A stretch of 63,471 nucleotides of DNA, filler included, from Choristocarpus tenellus KU-1152 (GCA_964200185.2; 13 parts of 13 records of this genome joined end to end with filler, not necessarily neighbours in it), one strand, 5' to 3'. Positions 42,600-56,180 are shown, counted from the first letter of the whole stretch. Notes: a model not told the origin generated them from the sequence alone. Made by a program: numbers and translations.

Positions 42600-43995
42600 C
42601 TTGACACAGGTGTAAAATCTGTTGCATTAATACTTGCCATATGAATTGGATAATCGAAACAAGATTAACGCTGAAAGTGAAAAGAGATTGTTTGAACCCA
42701 CGATCATGCAGGGAACCTCAACCACCCACTCAGGAAGACTCCCTGTTCAGGGTAGAGTTGTTGAAAGGGGGTTAGGAGATCGTGAACCTTGTCGCTGTGC
42801 CACAAAGATGGGAGGTGACGGCTGCTTTGATCCTTAACTGCCCGCTAGTGAGCTTTTCCCATGTCTGACGTCCTTGACCACTATATCGAGATATCGAATA
42901 TATCGATATCGGATTTTTTTGTGCACCCCATATCACAGCAATGATGACATAATAAGTAAGGGTGAGCCATTGCCGTTTCATGCCCCTCAGGCTTACAGGT
43001 TGAAGGTTTACTTTTATTTCATTGCCTTGGCGTCTAATGTTGGTGTGGATGGGGTAGTATTCTATTCAAAATTGTGTTTTGTTGAAGTCCCAGTGATGTT
43101 GGATAGTAGAGAGATAAATGTGGGTTCATCATTGGATGGAAGGTCATGGGTGATGCAGTATTGTTTATGGAAGGGACTGGAGCTACAGAGCCACAGACTG
43201 GGGTAAATAGGCGGCACATACAGTGCAGTGGCAACGTATTCAATGTTGGAGTGGTTAGGCCTCTGAGTTTGAGCAAATTATCCGTCACTCATACCGCCAA
43301 TCTCAATATCCACCCTCACAAGCACCCATTTGATAAAGTGCTGGAGATTGTACTATCGGCTCATCTGCGCAGATACTTTTCAACAGCCCAGGCGACCATG
43401 TTGATTCTGAAGTTCAAGAGCTTCAAGGAAAACCTAGGGGTGTATAGGGCTCGACATGAAGAAACGCTTACAGCTTCTCCCCTCGTTGAGGACCCCTCCC
43501 AAAACGTTTTTGGTGTTGCGGTCAGTGAAGGTCTCAAAGCGTGGATGAGTGAGGTCGACCTTCTGGTGGGTGGCCGGTATTTGGATAGCATTATTCCACC
43601 TTCTAGCTTAGTGGAATGGTCATCAATACCAGCCCAAGTAGTGACATGATTGGGAGGCCTTGATGCATGAGGAGACGAGCTTATACAGTCAATTTGCACC
43701 GACTACAGTGATGACTTTGCTTGAGAGTGAGATTGTAAAATCCAACAAGGGAAAGAAGAAAGATGATGAAATCCAAGGGGGTCAGATAGCTGGGGCGGTG
43801 ATCAACCAATAACGTCCAGGAGACACTATAGTGGGTGGTCAAAGTCTACTACAGGGGCTAAGGACTATCTGTGCTTCGTGGGTCTCTGGAAAAAACTACA
43901 AAAATGGCGATCAATACCAATTTGCACATGGCCGCTAGCCACCTATAACAGCGGATCATGATATTGGCGGATGGATCATTTCATGGAGGATGGGT
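42600..43995 (+). mobile_element. Degenerate Ty1/Copia-like pol remnant (integrase end to RT start)
   Basis: Order of weak motifs: PVQGRVVER (PQQNGxAER-like), WEVTAALILN, SLDGRS (KLDxR-like), EDPS...AVSEGLKAWMSEVDLL (EP...W..AM..E..L-like); stops and frameshifts. Confidence 0.45.
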
Positions 43996-44617
43996 NNNNN
44001 NNNNNNNNNNNNNNNNNNNNNNNNNNNNNNNNNNNNNNNTTAATTAATTAANNNNNNNNNNNNNNNNNNNNNNNNNNNNNNNNNNNNNNNNNNNNGGGGG
44101 GGCTGTCCACTCCTGTAGGGGGGTCATCTTCAAATATAAAAACAAAGAAGATGAATATAGGGTTGGGGTTTGTATGAAACTTGTAGATTGTTAAAATATA
44201 AAATATTTGTTGTAGCCGTACGGTGTCTTGCTTTTAACACTTTAGTGGCAAATATCTAAAGAAGTAGGAGGGGGAGGGGGAGGGGGAGGGGGAAGAGGAG
44301 GGGCATTTTTTTTTCCGGCAACCCTCTACCTCAATAAATATATTTAATCTCTTACCCACGCACTGTTGTATGAAAAAAATACATACATATATTTCTTGTT
44401 TAAAAAAAATGGTTCTCTTTTACTTCTTCGTCGAATTCAATTTTATTTTGTTTATTTTGGTGTCATCGTTACGTTTTTTTTTAATACCTTTCCCCTGTAC
44501 CCACACTGGTATTCTCCTCTCCTGCTTGTCGACCTATTTTTGTTACATTTTTTTTTTTTTGATTGCTTGTGGTGTGTTGATTTTTGTATTGGTTTTTGTA
44601 TTGGCCGTGGAGTTCAG

Positions 44618-45599
44618 CAATTTTCAATGGCGGTGGTCCAGACAGCGTATGCCAATGGAGGATCCACGAGGTAAGTGATGGTAGTATACACTCTACTATC
44701 CAAGAACGAAAACGCCCTCCAGTTTACTGTAGTGCACCGGCTCTTTGCACCGGCTCTTTCCAATCGTTGTTGCGATGTACGGTTGTGGTTTGTATTATGT
44801 TCCTGTTGAGATCAGTATGTGAATGTTACTGTTGAGAATATGTAGCCATGAGGATGGGGCCTTGCCTCGCTAGCTCAGGGTTGTGTTGGACACCAGGGTT
44901 GTGTTGGACACCACTGCCTCGCCTTTCAGTGTCAGTTGGCCAACGATTCCCAATGGCTTTTATCCAACGGAAGTGTTCGATTGGGCGCTGCTTGGATCTG
45001 CAAGTGTGTTTGATTGGGCTAGATAGAGGTCACGGCGGTTACGGTGGGTTAGCTTTTTTTTCTCCAGTGGGTAGCAAAGTGCTGAGCCTTAGTTGGTTGG
45101 CTTTGAGAAACCGGTGTTCTGGTTAAGGGTTAGGGATGTTATTGACCAATAGGAAGGTTCAGGGGACTGAATAGGTTGGTGGCATGGTGGCAATCAGCAC
45201 AGATTGAAGGTCAGCTTGGTCTTGGTCTGTCTTGACCTATACACACCCCGGCAGGCAATTCCAAGCTCGGTTTTTGAGTTTTACTGTAGTATTTTTGCTA
45301 TATATGTGGAAGGCGAATGAATAGTCGGATCTTTTTTGGTTGGGGTTGGGGTTGGGGTTGGGGTTGGGGCTGGGGCTGGGGTTGAGGTTAGGGTTAGGGA
45401 TTTTGAACTGATTGAGGTCTGCGTGTACTCTAGGGGTATCGGGATTGTATTGGTATGTTGTATTGTATTGGTATGTTTGCAGTCTCTTTAGTGTATTATG
45501 TGATTGGACCTTATTGTGTGGAAGAGTTACTTGAGATGATGGTGTTGGTGTTTGATGGTGCTCTGGTTATGTTCTATACTAGTAGCAATAATGATGATT

Positions 45600-45630
<31 letters not shown>

Positions 45631-48600
45631 GAAGTTGTTTGTTGGTGCTCTTGGTTGTGTTCTATACTAGTAGCAATAATGATCATGATAATAATAAGAA
45701 TAATATTAGAAATTGTTTGTTGGTGCTCTGATTGTGTTCTATACAAGTAGCAATAATAATAATAATGATGATAATAAAAGTCGTTTGGTGGTGCTCTGGT
45801 TATGTTCTATACTAATAGCAATAATGATAATAATAATAGAAGTTGTTTGATGGTGCTCTGGTTATGTTCTATACAAGTAGCAATAATGATAATAATATTA
45901 ATAGAAGTTGTTTGATGGTGCTCTGGTTGTGTTCTATACAAGTAGCAATAATAATAATAATAATAATAATAATAGAAGTTGTTTGATGGTGCTCTTGGTT
46001 GTGTTCTATACTAGTAGCAATAATGATCATGATAATAATAAGAATAATATTAGAAATTGTTTGTTGGTGCTCTGATTGTGTTCTATACAAGTAGCAATAA
46101 TAAAATAATAATGATCATAAAAGTTGTTTGGTGGTGCTCTGGTTGTGTTCTATACTAATAGCAATAATGATAATAATAATAGAAGTTGTTTGATGGTGCT
46201 CTGGTTATGTTCTATACAAGTAGCAATAATAATAATAATAATAATAGAAGTTGTTTGGTGGTGCTCTGGTTGTGTTCTATACTAGTAGCAATAATAACAA
46301 TAGAAGTTTTTACAACTACAATCATGTTAAATATATAATAACTAGTGAGAAAATGTTGATGTTCTTTTGATGTTTATTGATGGCGATGAGAGAGATCTAT
46401 AATTAGAAACACTCTGTTCTATGAATATTCCTGTATGTATGTGTATGTATGTGTATGTATTTATCTGTATGGGTATTGAACTGAGTGTGGGCAGTGTTTT
46501 TTATTTTGTTTGTAGGTGAATAACATCTGTTTGAGGTCATATCCTATCCCAATCTTGTCTTTCCCCCTCATTCATGAATTTTGAATTTTTGTATTGTCTC
46601 CTATTTTCAATATACTTCAGTCTTTCAACTTTTTTGTGGGGACCTCTAGCACACACCACTCGCAGTAATCATAGTACGCCCTAATGATTGGAGCAATGCA
46701 TTCTTTTCATATATATTTTATCTTTCTTTTTCAGCCTTCCAACCTATTCCATGTATTCAATTTAGTATTTCTTATTTTTTGCAAATGAACATTTATTTTT
46801 CAAATTACACTTCACTTTTTTTTACTTACAAGTCCTAGTATATTTTTTCTTATTATTCTTATTTTTTACTTTTATTTTTATTTACTTTTTAGCTACCTCA
46901 AGTCAACGGGCGTTCATATAGCGGTGGCCAAGACTGGTGTGAAGTTTGTTCACCATGAGGCTGAGAAGTTCGACATTGGTGTTTACTTTGAGGCTAATGG
47001 GCATGGGACTGTCCTCTTCAAGAACAGGGTGCTGGCCAAGCTCACTGCACTGAAGGAGGTATGGGGGTGTATTAGGCGAGGGAAGGTTTTTGTGGATATG
47101 GAGGTGGCGTGTGTGTCTGTGTGTGGGTATATTGTTGATGTAACATGTGAGGCAGGAGAAAGGAGGAGGGGAAGTTTTTAGTGTGGATTTGGTAGAGAGT
47201 AGTGGGATTTATTTTGTTTAGCGCAATCCTTTGACCGCTATATCAAAACCTGCGATGTGCTCCTGATCAGAGGAAGCAGGCAGCTTGTGTTCTTGATTGA
47301 AGAGTTTGCGAGATTTTGGTTTTCACTGGTGTTGGTAGATATTGTTGTAGGCGTCTGTGGCGAAGGCAGAAAAGAACGTGTAGCATTGTTAATGTGTGTT
47401 TGTGTTTGTGTTGTGTTTGTGTTGTGTTTGTGTTGTGTTTGTGTTGTGTTTGTTTAGCTGGCATCGCCTTGCCTCCAAATAAGGAATATATCTATGTAGC
47501 TATGTAGCTATTTTTTGAAAATGATGAGAATTCTTCTTTCATGTTTATAACAAGGCGTGCACCTCCTCCTCCTCCAACTCGACCCCCTTTAACACGTCAT
47601 CCTGCAGAGTGACTTGGAGGATGAAGGCAAGGCTACTGCAGTGAAACGCCTTCTTGCTTCTGCTACTCTCATCAACCAGGCAGTGGGGGACGCTATGAGT
47701 GACCTCTTGTTCTGCGAGGCAGTCCTGCGCATCAAGCAGTGGAGTGTGCAGGTAGGTGCCTTGGAGTAGGGGCAGGGGCGGGGGGGGGGGGAAGGGGTGG
47801 CGGCAAGCCAGCAGTTCTAGAGCTTAATCTTTTTTGTTTGTTTGTTTTAGTATACACACCTGTGTTCTAGGAATTGGGATTTTTTTTTGTAACTAATGAG
47901 AAGCACGGTGCAACGTACTGTATTGCATATTAAAAAAAAAATGTACATGTGTATATTTTCTTTTTCCTTCACATTTCTGGTTCCCTCTACCCCCTGCCCA
48001 ATCTCAAGGAAGACATGCGGATCTTGTGAGAATGTTTGCTCTGCCGAAGCCGTTTTTTCTCTCAAGGATTATCATACTGCTAGTTGACAACGACTGAAAA
48101 GAGCGTTTGATTATGTATCTCTGATTATGTATCTTCGATTATGTATCTCTTATCATCTATGTTGGCATTTCTGGTCCACCCCACTACTTCCCCTACTATC
48201 AATAATAGCTCCACTCCAAATAGTTCGTTTGAGTTGTTTCAACTACCAAATAGTTTTGTTGCACTTGTTTTTTTGGGTCTGAGTCAACTATGTCCGGTGT
48301 GGACTGTGTTAAGAATGTTCCAATTCCACACCTCCCCCCCTCCCCTCCCCCCCCACTGTTATTCCTTGCCATCCTCCCTATGGAATACTACTTTTGTGAC
48401 CGTTTCATGGCCTGTACAAAAAGGACTGGTCTGGTATGTACACGGATCTTCCTAGCAGACAGGCCAAGACAGCTGTGGCAGACCGTTCTGTGATTGTGTG
48501 CAGTGGTGATGAGACCCGGACTCTGCAACCTGGGGGTCTTCAGGCAGCTTTGGCTGCAGCGATGGCGGAGGTTCCTGAGGGCAGGTGTGAATGGCAAAGG

Positions 48601-48700
48601 GGTGGTTTTCAGAGTCTGTTGTGTTTATTTGTATGATAACTTTTTTTTTTGTGAAACTCTGGAATAAATATAATAATGATTGTGATTATCAGTGTTATTT

Positions 48701-48736
<36 letters not shown>

Positions 48737-49950
48737 ATAATAGTAGTAGTACTAAAAGTGCTCTCACTGTTACTCTGTTGCACTAAATAAGAGAATATAT
48801 TTGCTTGATTGTTATATATGTCAAGTATTGCTAAATCACCTTGTTATATGACCTGATGGTATAGTGGTGTTGTAACACTTGACAAAATCGGAGGGTACAA
48901 GTTGTGGGTTCAAGTCCCGATTGGACCGTCTTCTTGTTTTCCTACACAGGGAGAACAATAGATTGCAATGCAACTGTCACAATAATGTGTTCAATAGGAA
49001 ATGCGGAGATTGAAATTACCGTTCTGGGAGATCGCGCAACTAGTGGGATGGTATGTTTGAGTTGGTTAGGTAGGACCTTGGCCTCTGATTTTGTCAGATG
49101 TTGAGATACTGTTGTCTCAACGGGACTGTCTGGACTACTGGCATGGTTGCATCTCATGTTCAAGAGTGGAGTCATCGTTCTTTGATGGAGGAAGAATGCA
49201 TTTTATTGTCATGTATTTGTATGAGATGTAGGGTACATTTAACAATGTCTGTAGAAGGGTTAGGGTTTAGGGTTAGGGTTACTGATGCAATGTGGTGAAT
49301 AGAATGTTATATTCAGTTTATTATTAGGAGGCATTTGCTGTGCATTTTTTTTTTATTATGTATACTTTGATGTGATACGAATAGTCTGATTTTTTGTTGT
49401 GGCTCCTCCTCTTGTAATGTTTTTTTGTTTTGACTTTGTGGTGTTAAAAAAGGTGTACCTCTGAGGTGCCTTGCGTTCTAAGAAAAAAGATGTGACACGT
49501 CTGTGATGCTACATTTCATTGAGATTTTTTCATGCTCACCTATGGGATTATGTGCCGTTTTTGTGGTATATTTTTGTGAAGAATTCAATGACCTGTTTTT
49601 CGTTTTACTATAAAAAAAAAAAATGTTCTGTCTGTAGTAGAGATGAAAATGTTGTCTATGCCTTCCTTCTGAGAGCAATTGCTCTGAAATTTGACGCCTC
49701 TTGTCCAATCTATTTATTTATTTGTGATTAGTGTTACATTAGCATCCAACACCTTCCCGGCCCCCCTACTATATGCGATGATGTTCTTGCTTGAAAAAGG
49801 TGCTTTGTTCGGCCATCAGGGACTGAGGATGTGGTTCGTGTCTATGCAGAGGCTGTGACACAGGAGGGGGCTGACGAGCTGTGCCTCAAGGCTATGCAGG
49901 CCGTGCACGAGTTGGTCGGTGGAGTGGGAGAGCGTCCTGAGAGCCTTTAG
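44618..49950 (+). CDS. PGM3: Phosphoacetylglucosamine mutase, 3' half; exons 44618-44670, 46893-47058, 47608-47751, 48424-48584, 49800-49950
   Basis: [78 protein letters not shown], stop TAG 49948-49950; all junctions in phase. Confidence 0.96.
45540..46310. repeat. Intronic minisatellite, ~11 units of 60-85 bp with variable (AAT)n
   Basis: Repeated TGTTTG(A/T/G)TGGTGCTCTGGTT(A/G)TGTTCTATAC(T/A)AGTAGCAATAAT(n)AGAAG. Confidence 0.92.
48850..48927 (+). ncRNA. tRNA-derived element (SINE head or tRNA pseudogene) in PGM3 intron
   Basis: Pol III A-box TGGTATAGTGG (48857-48867) and B-box GGTTCAAGTCC (48907-48917); acceptor stem pairs poorly, so not called a functional tRNA. Confidence 0.55.
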
Positions 49951-52199
49951 GAGATGTCTGGCGATGGTCTCTTTTGAGACTCTCAATACAATTGCACGGA
50001 AAATTCTGGGGTTTTTTTGTCAGGCGGATGCGAGGAAATTTGTGTGAAATTAGTGGAACTGTGGTGATGTGAAAAAATTGATGATATTGTGGGAGGGACA
50101 TTTATTGATTTCGGGTCTGGGTCAGGTTTTGAAAAAAATGCCGTCACTGTTTTCTGTTGTCTATGGTTCCGTTTTTGAGGCTATCCGTTGTTTGATCCAG
50201 AGTGTCACTGACAAAGTTGGCCTAATGATTCTTATCAATGCCATTGGTGCCCAGAGAGAGGGGGAGCCTTGAGAGAGAGAGAGAGAGACCTTCGTGTGTA
50301 GAGATGGGGGTGCTACTGCTGTTGCTGACTGACATGGGTCTCATGTTCGGATGGAAGGCTTGCTCTTGTACCTCCTGTTCCTGCGCCCTTGGTTTCTTGT
50401 GGGTTTATTTTTTTGTTTTTCATGAAACGGTTTGTGTGTGCTTTTGATTGTATCAGTGAGCAAGGACCCTCACTGACTATCATGGTCACAGGAGATGGGT
50501 AGGTGCATGCTTTTGTGTCTGTGCACTATTTTGATGCGAATTTTGTTTGCTGCGATCTTTCAGAGGCCTGGTACATTTGTCTGTTATGGTGATTCTTGGA
50601 GAGTGAGAGGTTCTATTGTATGAGTGTGTTGAGGTGGTTTCATGTATCTGTGTTGAAAGCATTGATGTATCATGAGGCTATATCATTTCCTTTAGTGTAT
50701 GTACTCCTCTAGTTTTGCTAGAGATGCAGTACCCCCAATGGGCAACTTAATTGTATTGGCCTCGAAGCAGTAGGTGAGAATGACCATGCATTTACATGTC
50801 ACTGTGTAGCAGGTTTTTGCATGGGTAGGTTTAGTTCAGGTTAGTGTTGCATTTCTCTTCCCCCCCCCCCCCCCCCCCCCCTTTTTCCATCTCACGTGCC
50901 TATTTGTTTTTTTTTTTTATTAANNNNNNNNNNNNNNNNNNNNNNNNNNNNNNNNNNNNNNNNNNNNTTAATTAATTAANNNNNNNNNNNNNNNNNNNNN
51001 NNNNNNNNNNNNNNNNNNNNNNNCTGTTTCTGTTATTTACGCCGGTCGTTCCGCACAGTCTACGTTCCCTTAGGCTATAATTGCGGCACTACAGGCCCAA
51101 TAAGCGACTTGAACGAGAAGTTCGAAATTTTCCACCTGTTTCACACATGTGGAATTTAATCTATTTTAATCGCATGAATATTTTCTATCATAGTAAGAGT
51201 AATAATAATTCTCAGTATTTATTCTAAACGAATTGAAAGTTTTTGAAACCTACTACCTAGTTTTTTTCATCAAGACTTCTTTCTCTTCAACGAGAATGAT
51301 CTTACCTGTATCTACCAATAGTGAGAACAATAATTAACGCATTTTCTTCTAGTTCACAAATTTGCTTCCACATATATTTACCTTCTACATCTGCACAGGA
51401 TGAAGGTTACCGATAATTATTCTACAAGTTAATGTTATAAAGCCTTACCTATAATTACTCTTCTCTTAATGCCAACCAATATGGCACTGACTCCTTTCCC
51501 GTAAGTAAGGGTTTTACTGAGTTTCCGCAAAGCTAGTCCTGGGGTGTTGAAGTTGTTAGTGAGGTTTCCGGTGGAGGGTTATCCCACTAATCAGGGGCTG
51601 GCTCTCGTGGAGGTGCAGTTGCGAAAGTGTAGTATTGTATCCTGGGGACGTGTTAGCCTTTTGTCGGATGCGGAACCCATGACGAGAATTCATCCCACGA
51701 AAATACCGTTTGTTAAAATTTTGATGAACCCCCACGCAACCAGAAAGTAGTTAGCACTTTTTGCTGACAATTCCGGTACCTCAGGGGTTCACTAAAGTTC
51801 AACATGTAGTCATGTATGACTGGGACATAATTGTATTTGAAGGAAACTGTCTACGATAGGTGGGAAAGGGGTCACAACAAGGAATCGAAGTGCCCAAGAA
51901 CCTCGTTATATATATTTTCCGTTCCAGGGACAAAGTATCCCAGAGGGGGGGGTACCGTTGATCGCAAGGGGCCTCTGGGACTACCTTCTGAATTTGATGT
52001 TATTTATGAGATTGTGCATTTGGGAAAAGTCAATTTCTGCACCTGGACACACCCTCTACGTCCACAGACTCTTGGATTGAGATGGAGAGTCAGGGACAAC
52101 ATTTTGTAGTAAGACCCCTATGCTCAAAATGGATAAAACCCACCCTCCTCCAGGATACTTCGTCTCTCAAAGACGCAGTGCTAGAGTCTCCTTAAATTG

Positions 52200-52720
52200 T
52201 GCTTCTCCTGTCTAGGTTCCCTCCGGTATAACATCTCTTGTGTTCACTATTCTTTAAGTTGCTGTTGCTGCCAACTGCTGCATGGTGCGTGTGCACAAAT
52301 GCCAAGGCTGCTTACGCTATACCAGTGCATGGAGATTTCTGTGTATATACTTGTAATGCGTTTAAGAAGAGAGGGACACCAAGAGTGGAAGAATACCAAA
52401 CGGCAAACGGTATTGACAGAACTGAATTCCCGGGAACAGGTTCTGATGACCCAATACGGTGAAGGAAGGCAGATGTCGCCGAAACAGTGGGAGATAGAGA
52501 TCACCACCACTATGAGGCGATTATTGGCTTGTGTCATTTCTTCACTCCCCTTTGTCTCTGAGGTCAGGGAGATGAAGCATACCCCCGGTGTGCACAGCTG
52601 TTGCATACACGAGCCTGTCCACTTGCTGGCTTTTGAGCTTCTTGTGGCGGTCAATTCTGGAAGGTTGCAATGGAGTGTTGTATGTTCTTACACTTCGAAG
52701 TAGTTTGTCTCCAGATATGA
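52200..52720 (+). mobile_element. Possible degenerate non-LTR retrotransposon 3' remnant
   Basis: Cys/His cluster followed by broken frames loosely resembling the CRE zinc-knuckle/endonuclease region. Confidence 0.3.
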
Positions 52721-52984
52721 ACACCTCTGGAACAATATGTTGAGAACACGAGCCCTAGCTGAGTTGAACAGAGCTCGGAAGTTTCTGTTCGGACAGGGTG
52801 GTAGGTGCACAATTTGCTTGTCTTTTCTTAACATTATACTTAGTCGTATGTATCAAACACAAGAGACTCAGCTACATGGCATGGTACTTCTTCGCCAAAT
52901 GCTTTAAAGTACAGTGGTTCTTATGTTGTACCTATTAACCTTACTTTATATCCCAAGTTCGTTGACTCTCAAGATCTAGTGTTT

Positions 52985-53130
52985 GCTCTCCCTGAAATCA
53001 GCTCTAAGAGGAGGACACCATGATCCGTTGTATGTGCTACACACACACGGTGGTGTATGTATGCCCTCCCTGAAATCAGTTCTAAATTGAGGATGCCAAG
53101 ATCCTCTGTAAGTGCTATGCATACATGGTG
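52985..53130. repeat. Diverged tandem duplication, ~79-bp unit x2
   Basis: CTCCCTGAAATCAG(C/T)TCTAA..GAGGA..CCA.GATCC at ~52988 and ~53066. Confidence 0.7.
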
Positions 53131-53610
53131 TAAAATAGTTGACAATATCAATGTTCTAAATGTGATAAGATGTTCATTTTCATAGTCAGATCCTCTCAAG
53201 TAAACTAGAGTCCATAGGCCCTTTTTTGCCTGTGCTCTTCCAAGTCTCCTCCGAAAGATTGTACTGCCGGGTGCAGCAACCTGATCCTTCCCCTACCGCC
53301 CCACCAAGAGCAGCAAACAACAACAAGAGCGTCACACACAAGTTCCCAAAGTGTACTCACAAGCATCCTAAATTCGTAATGCTCCATAGGATGTAAAGCG
53401 CCCAAGTCATTGATTCTTCCAGGTACAAGAAATGTCCGCCAGTACAGCCCACAATAGAGCACAAAATTGGCCTACGATTGTATATATATATATCAAGATT
53501 GTTCTGTCTGCACAGGGCGGTATCAGGTCCCCCTCCCCCCTCCCTTCTCTTCCCTCTCTCTATGCCACTCTAAACTCCGCTCTACAATTGTTCACTTTGT
53601 TCTCCCTAGA

Positions 53611-55804
53611 TTAGTCCAGCACATAGCACCTATCCATGCCCTCCCCTGCTGGGTCAAAGCTCTCACCACTGAATGTGGCTTCCCACCAGTTATCACCAAC
53701 ATCGCTATCAGAGTGTATCACCCCCTTCCTTGTTCCAGTGATCTCACAATCCTCTGGAAATGCTAAAGCAGAAGGATTGACATAGTCAAACTGACTATCA
53801 CCTTCCTCTGCAAATGACTCTGCCTTCTCCAACTCCCTCCTCCCAATGCCCGTCACTGGCACATTTCCAGTTCTTCGCTGCATCCTCGAGGTTGGTTGAC
53901 TGGAGTTCTCACTGGAAGGGATCTCTTCGCAGAAGAAATCATCCTCATACGAGTCCTCCTCCCCTGGCATTTGCACAGTAGGTTCCTTGCCATCAGGGCC
54001 TCCACTTCCTTCCCTGTCTCGATGAATGCTACTGTGTTCTATTCCACAGGAGATGCTCACGTTTTCCAAGCTAGTGGAGGCCTTGCATTCTTCCCGGGCA
54101 TCAAGACATATCCGCGGAGAAATCCCTCCCTCATCGAAGGTTGCCCTACCCCTGAAGTCCGCATGCGTGATCCCCAGTACGCCATCCATTGAGCCAGGGG
54201 TAAGGGCTTCTATTGCAGGCTTTTCCTCCAAGGATTGATCAACCTTCTCATTTTGGCGAGCCAATGCCTCTGGAATTGCAATGATGTGCTTTGCCTGCAC
54301 AGACTCTGTTGAAGCACTCCTGTCAGCAGTTACCTTGTTAGGTTTGTCTTCCTTTTTGTCCGTCTCTCCTTCTCCTTGGGTCAAGCTCAACACAGCCATT
54401 TGAGTTAATGGCTTTGATGGTGCAGATGCTCCATGAATGGTCTTGGCATGTGGCATGATGATTGTCCCCTTATGTTTACCTCTTTGGTCTTGCAGATCAT
54501 TTTCTTCTAACCCTGTCCTGACTATAGTTGGAACTCCTGCAGGCTGTTTGAGATGTAGATCTCCACTCCTTGCTAAACCCTCACCACCTTCAGTCGATGA
54601 GATTGATAGTCGCCTTCTTACCCCATCTTGCTGCAAGGAACCTTGCCTCAAACGACCGGGGATTTCTTCATCCTTCCTTCCCCCTTGACTTCCCTCTAGA
54701 AGGCGTGCAATGGCATTCGCCACAGCTAGGCATTCTTGCTCTATCCAGTCCTCCTGTCCTTGCTTCAATTCCATGCCCAAGCACTCCACCTCCCTGAACA
54801 CTTCCCCATTGACACTGGTCGGTCTCTTCATATCAATCCCCTCCCCTGTCCCCTGTTCGATTCCCACGCAATGCTCTTGACTCCGTACAGCCCTTGCTGT
54901 CCCTAACACAATAGAAGCTTCAAAAAAGAGGAGGGCAGAATAACTTCCCTCTCTGCTCATTGAAGAATCTACTGTCACTGGCTGGTGCAAGCAAAGAACA
55001 TCAGCAGGATCCTGGCCAGGTCCTGCCATGCTCATCCATACAGTACAGCCCTGCCATTGGGGTGGAAACCCACCACATTATATATATATATATATATATA
55101 TAATTTTTTTTGACGGGGTGCAAAAGGGCTCAGCTTAACCAAGGCTATGGGTTGGTTTGATTTAAGGTTCGGGACCCAGGCTGGTGGAAGGGTTTGGATT
55201 GGACCTAGGGTTGGGATGAAAGCGTTTTGGCAGGTCTGTCCTCCAGTCTGCAAAGGGTTGATTAAACCTTCACACCTGCATCACAAGTGTGGATTATTAT
55301 CACTCAGCCGCCCCAAGCAAAACAACATTTCTTACCTGGTCCATCGACTAAATATCATATTAGGTCATCTCCCAGAGCTACAAAACACTAATACCACCGC
55401 CAAAACACCTCACTCTCCGCATATGGTGCAATCACTCTCACAGTGGGCCTCTTGACTCCACAAACATCCCGGGATGTGTCAGGCACGCCTACATTGTACA
55501 ACACATGTCGAAAACCACACCCCAAAGCACTCACAACACCATATAGGTCCACAAACGAAATCATAGGAAAGTGATCACCTGTCCAAGGCTCAGACTTTGT
55601 GATAGGATGGCCCCCTCGTCCTCAGACCCCCCAAAGAGCAATCCAAGGTCACGTCCGATCACATCGGTGGCATCCAGGCCTGTGAGTCTCTCAAATCCCT
55701 TGTTAACGTATACCACTGCCCCGGTCTGGGATAGACTCAGTATGCTGCCATGTGGCAAAACACCCAAGGAGCTCTCAAACAAGGTACGCCAAGGTCGTCG
55801 AGAC
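53611..55804 (-). CDS. PAS (LOV-like) domain protein with long disordered C-terminus, 3' part; exons 55804-55579 and 55050-53611
   Basis: WRTLFESSLGVLPHGSILSLSQTGAVVYVNKGFERLTGLDATDVIGRDLGLLFG is a PAS fold start; phase-0 join to a 1440-bp open terminal exon ending TAA. Confidence 0.8.
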
Positions 55805-56063
55805 CTGATATGTAGCCATTGAATGGAGCCTGAGCAATCAAACAAGGGATTGATTTGTCTGGTTCCAACATCAATGCAAGGTCTCGAAAGCGCTAGGACC
55901 CAAAGTGTCCGGGGGGGGGGTCTACACCAGGGTGTGCATTTGGNNNNNNNNNNNNNNNNNNNNNNNNNNNNNNNNNNNNNNNNNNNNTTAATTAATTAAN
56001 NNNNNNNNNNNNNNNNNNNNNNNNNNNNNNNNNNNNNNNNNNNCCCCCCAGATACTTTGACCT

Positions 56064-56180
56064 GTTTTACCTACTCAGAAATGGTGACGGGGTAGGTAGA
56101 ATGTAATTAAAACCCGTGGGAAGTCAAGCCCCAAATGGACAAACAGGGCAAAACTCGTACCCTCTAAGATACTTTCACTC
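56064..56180 (+). mobile_element. MITE family 1, right half, abutting a family 2 end
   Basis: CCCCAAATGGACAAACAGGGCAAAACTCGTACCCTCTAAGATACTTTCACTC. Confidence 0.85.

Noticed and set aside
42883-42912. ATATCG palindromic tract (also hairpin at 31253-31277)
   Set aside because: Short, single occurrences compatible with slippage or a transposon footprint; no supporting context.
45540-46310. CRISPR-like array
   Set aside because: The intervals are (AAT)n microsatellite rather than unique spacers, it is inside a spliceosomal intron, and no cas genes are present.
55896-56063. A single MITE family 2 copy spanning the gap
   Set aside because: The spacer is artificial and this family is enriched at contig ends, so matching halves may be coincidental.
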